Shown here: positions 60,199 through 64,000 of the stretch, in pieces
How positions within the stretch are numbered: the stretch's first letter is position 1
How the letters are laid out: each line of letters begins with the position of its first letter
Assembly (NCBI RefSeq): GCF_036321535.1
Contig: NC_087438.1
Span: 932,001-996,000 of the forward strand
Source of the DNA: Camelus dromedarius
Lineage: Eukaryota
Length of the DNA: 64,000 nucleotides
Reading direction: 5' to 3'
The notes under the pieces: model-generated
Told to the model about the DNA's origin: nothing
The model's input: only the letters and a program-made list of their open reading frames with translations
Databases searched by the model: none
Position numbers and translations under genes: made by a program

Positions 60199-63100
60199 CT
60201 CCCTCTCACCAGGGCCTCTACCTGGAGTCTCATTAACCCCCGCGGAGGTTTCAGCAAGCACCCGACAGCCAGAGCTCGGAGTGCACTGCCAGGGATCTGA
60301 CGGGCTCCATCAGGCGAGGCCTGTGTGTCCCGTGGGGAAGCCGGCCTGGCTGTGGCCTCCCGCCTCTTGGGGTGACCGATGGGCACTGTGACCAAGAACC
60401 TCGTGGTTCTGGGAGGAGGCAGGCCTGGGTTTCATCAGAACTTTGCTGGGCTCACTCGTTCGCGAGCTCGCGAGCCTCAGCTGGGACGGGGTGCTTGGGA
60501 CCAAGACCTTGGGGCCCAAGGAGCCAGAGGAGGGCTCTCCGTCCTGTCGGGAAGGTCTGCGGCCAGTCCTCCGCACTCCCTCCCGGCCTCGAGGGCGCCC
60601 GGCGTGCGGCCTCTGCGCAGAAGTGACTTCATGCCGTTTTACAGAAGGAGGCTCACACAGCAGACATTTAATTATTCTAAGAAAGTGGGGAAACCCACGT
60701 TTCTGACACATTCCGACAGCGCGGCCAGCCTATCCCAGTGATGGGGTTTATTTTGAGAAGTGCAAAGTCTTATTGAAAAGTATTAAAAGTTAATACTAAG
60801 TTCAGATCCAAAAATGATTGTTGCACGTGGGCAGTAAATTCCACGTGATTTGAGACCTTGAGTCGCCTTTATTTCCAGATACATTTTTCATCCAGAATAT
60901 GAACAAAGTGCTAACTCTTCACAAAATGTTGTTTTTCTAAGTTAAAAAAAAGTCCCTTCTGTGTAGTGTTTGGCAACAGAACAGAAGGAAAATCCATGCA
61001 AATTAAATGTTTTACTGTGTTCAGTTCCATAATGAGAAGCCGGCGGAACCAGTGGGGTGGGGAGGGGAGTAAAAGCCACGTTGGCTTTAGTTTATAGGAG
61101 AGAAATCCAACCCGATGCGGTTTCAACCCCGCGAAATGCTGATCCGTGCGCGTGCCGCCAGCCCAGCAGGGCCTTCGCAGCCCAAGGTGCCCTGCGGCCT
61201 TAGGCCCGGCAGCGCGCCCTACCCAGTGGGAGCGCTTTGGGGAAAGCCCCACGAGGCGGTGAGAGTAGATCAGACAGTGCAGGAACACATGGAAAACAAG
61301 GGAGACTCAAAAATGAGCATTGCCGGCAGGTGGGCGATGCCCCTGGGGACGGCGTCCTAGAGTAGGAGGCCGCAGCCGCCCAGGAGCGCCCGCCCAGTGC
61401 CCGGGGAAAGGCTGCTCCGTCGTTCATGCTCAGGCTGGCTGTCCATCCGTCTGCAGCAGGAGCTCAAGTGAAACCCTGGGCCCTGCTCCGTGGATCAGGT
61501 TAGGGTTATGAAAAGTTATTTTCAGGTTTCTGGTGGCCGTTCAGTCCTCCTGCTAAGTCAGGAGAATCTGGGCCTTTCCTGGGGGGCTGGCACCACTCCC
61601 ACAGCTGGGATTTGGGGCGGAAGAGGCCCGGTCTAACCTTGGTGGCACCAGGGGCAGGGCTTATGTCATCGTCTGGTCAGTTCGGGCTCCCAGGGCAGTG
61701 GGGCACCTGGATGCCCATAGCCCTCTGCCCTCGAAGGCCTCATCTGGAGGGCTCTTGGGGCACAGGGCACCCTTGTCACCCCCTCTATAAATGCAAGGAC
61801 CGAGTGCAGTGGGCCCCCAAGCTCGTGACTCCCCGGCCGGCCGTCCTGGGTGCGCTTGGTCCTGTTGCTCCCGTGTGTCCATGTCCAGTGTCACGTTCTG
61901 TGGGAACCCCTGCAGGAAGCAGTTCCGCCTCCCCTGCTGGGGAAGCCCGCCTGCCCGCTTCTGGGGTGAAGGCATCTCAGGGGTCTGGGCTGGTGGCAAA
62001 GGGCCAGGGCCAGTTTCATCTTGGCTACTGCCACCCTGGGGGACCTGGGCTGGACGGGCTGCACTCCGGGCCATCACGGAGGGGCAGGGACAGGAGAATC
62101 CTGCCAGCTGGGGTCCTGGATGGAGGGTCATGCCAAAGACCTGCCCCTGGGGCAGCATACAGCCCACCTACCTGGGCCCTCTCCCTCCCCACTCTGGGTG
62201 ACGGTGCTGCTGACTCCAAAGCTGTGCGCTCTCACCGTCTCTCAGAGACCATCCTGCTGGGCAGTGCGATGCCCTCTGCTCCTCGTACAGAGTAGCCTTC
62301 GTTCCTGCGGCATCAGTGGAACCTGCGACCTGGTCACAAATCCACGCCGGCATGACTTAGCTCTTTCCCACAGGGGCGACCTGGGTTTCTAGGTTCTTCT
62401 GCCTTCAAGAACCAATGGGAGGGAGAGACATCCCCTCCCCCATCTCAGCGCATCCTTCAGGCCCCCTGCTAATTTCCAACACCCACGTAAGCTGCACATC
62501 GGGGCTGACGCCAGGGCGGTTTCACAACGCTCACCCCCCAGAAGCTGGGATTCCACCTTCAGGGGTTGAGAACAGTGGGTCGGCCAGGGTGGGGGCTCTG
62601 ACTGCAAGCGCGGGTGTCTAAGTCACCGCGGAGATGTGGATGAGCACCCCGGGGCCGCAAGGGCATGTGTCCTGCACTTCCCGGGACGGCGGTGGCAGCC
62701 ACCCCTCCAGGCCCTCCTCCACCCCCCGCACTTGCCCCTCCTTGGGGCCTCTGGGGACCTCGGAACGCTCTCTGCGCAATGGCTTTGTCTTGACCCCCGC
62801 GTCAGCGCCCACCTGGAGATCAGGGACTAGCTGGCTTCACGCAGAACACAGGGGGTCTCCTTCAGTTCCACACGTGCCCGGCCTGCCCTGCCTGGAGGGG
62901 CCGCTCCCCCAGGGGGGCTACCAGTTGCCTTTGGTGCAAGGGGGTTGGGGGGCAGGGTGGATGCCTCTGAGGATCCGGAAGCAGGAAGCCCCAGAGGGAG
63001 GAAGAGGTGTCCATGGGGAGGGGTCACCATGGACGCTGAGACCTGCAGACCCTCCCTACTGATCACAAGGGCTCCTATTAAAGGTCTGGCCCTCCAGGGG

Positions 63101-64000
63101 TCGTGGACAGAAGCAGAGCAGAGGGTTGGCCTCAGGTGTGTTTGTTCCCACATAGTTATGGGTTAGGTAGGTGCACACCAGGCCCTTCCCAGGGTCCCAT
63201 TGTCTCCGCTTGGCAGGTGGAGGGCACAGCCGGCCATCAGCTCTGCAGGCACCCCGGGCAGCAGTGGCCCCACACGCCCGCATGTGCGTCCGTGGATGGG
63301 GATTGGCCTGGACGCTCACTGACCAGCTGTGAGTACTTGGGAGGGGCCCTGGGAAGGAGAAAGCAGTGGATGTGCATGAGGGTTACCGCCCTGGGCCAGT
63401 GGCGGGGGCCGAACCGTCCTGACCGTGTCCCCGCGTGGGCAGTGACTGGCTGGGCTGGAAGTCCAGGGGCATGGTCCCAGCTGCGGCCTCTCGGCTCCTC
63501 TCCCTGGAGGGTGGCCTGTCAGGCTGCCGTGGGCAGTCGTGGTGGGCCAGCTCAGCCTGCACTGCAGCAGAGCCTGCTCCTGGGTCTGGGGGGCGGCAGC
63601 AGCCCCGGCCCGCGGTGCCTCCTCCTGCCGCGGGTTGGAAGCCGGGTTCACAGGTGTTTTCTGGCCCACTTCACTTGCAGCCTGCCTGTGGGTTCTGCCT
63701 CGGCTGCACAAATGTTGTTGAAGGGGCGTCACGGGCCCCGCCGAGAGCTGCGTGGCCGCCCGGCCGATTCCCCAGTGTATCTCTGACTGGGGAGACCTTC
63801 CAGCGGGGCCGCGGGGCCGCGGGAGGCGAGTCTGCCGGGTGGGCGCTGGCCTGTGGAGGACGCGCAGAGACTTCGTCCCTCGGCAGCTGTGGCGTCTCCC
63901 CCGCCCTGCCCTTCTGCCCGGAGAGTCTCCACTGCCCGGGTGGGATCCAGGTGCCGGGGCCAAAGCACGAGGGCCGGGACCTCTGAGCTCCGTCCAGTGG

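Noticed and set aside
1..64000. Assignment to a named gene or locus
   Set aside because: No exon was recognised; the locus cannot be identified without an alignment.

Overview
This is a GC-rich, apparently non-coding (intergenic or intronic) stretch of mammalian genomic DNA, most likely from a camelid. That call rests on tRNA-derived SINE copies resembling Vic-1 and on matching young L1 3' ends. I find no credible protein-coding exon. The ORF track consists of chance ORFs in GC-rich sequence plus translated L1 ORF2 fragments. The window holds many old repeats (L1M, L2, MIR, MLT1, MER33, ERV-like LTRs), several simple repeats, one GC-box minisatellite, and a series of AT-rich, homeobox/GATA-motif-dense non-repeat islands that look like developmental enhancers. 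Most notable are patchy A/T-to-G/C rewriting of ancient repeats (a possible GC-biased gene conversion signature), a nested L2/SINE/5'-inverted-L1 structure with about 160 bp of unexplained sequence, a 29-bp poly(A)-only retro-insertion with a perfect 17-bp TSD, and a MLT1 LTR split by an inversion. I cannot support a wholly new biological system from this sequence. Repeat family calls come from recalled consensus sequences, and boundaries are approximate.
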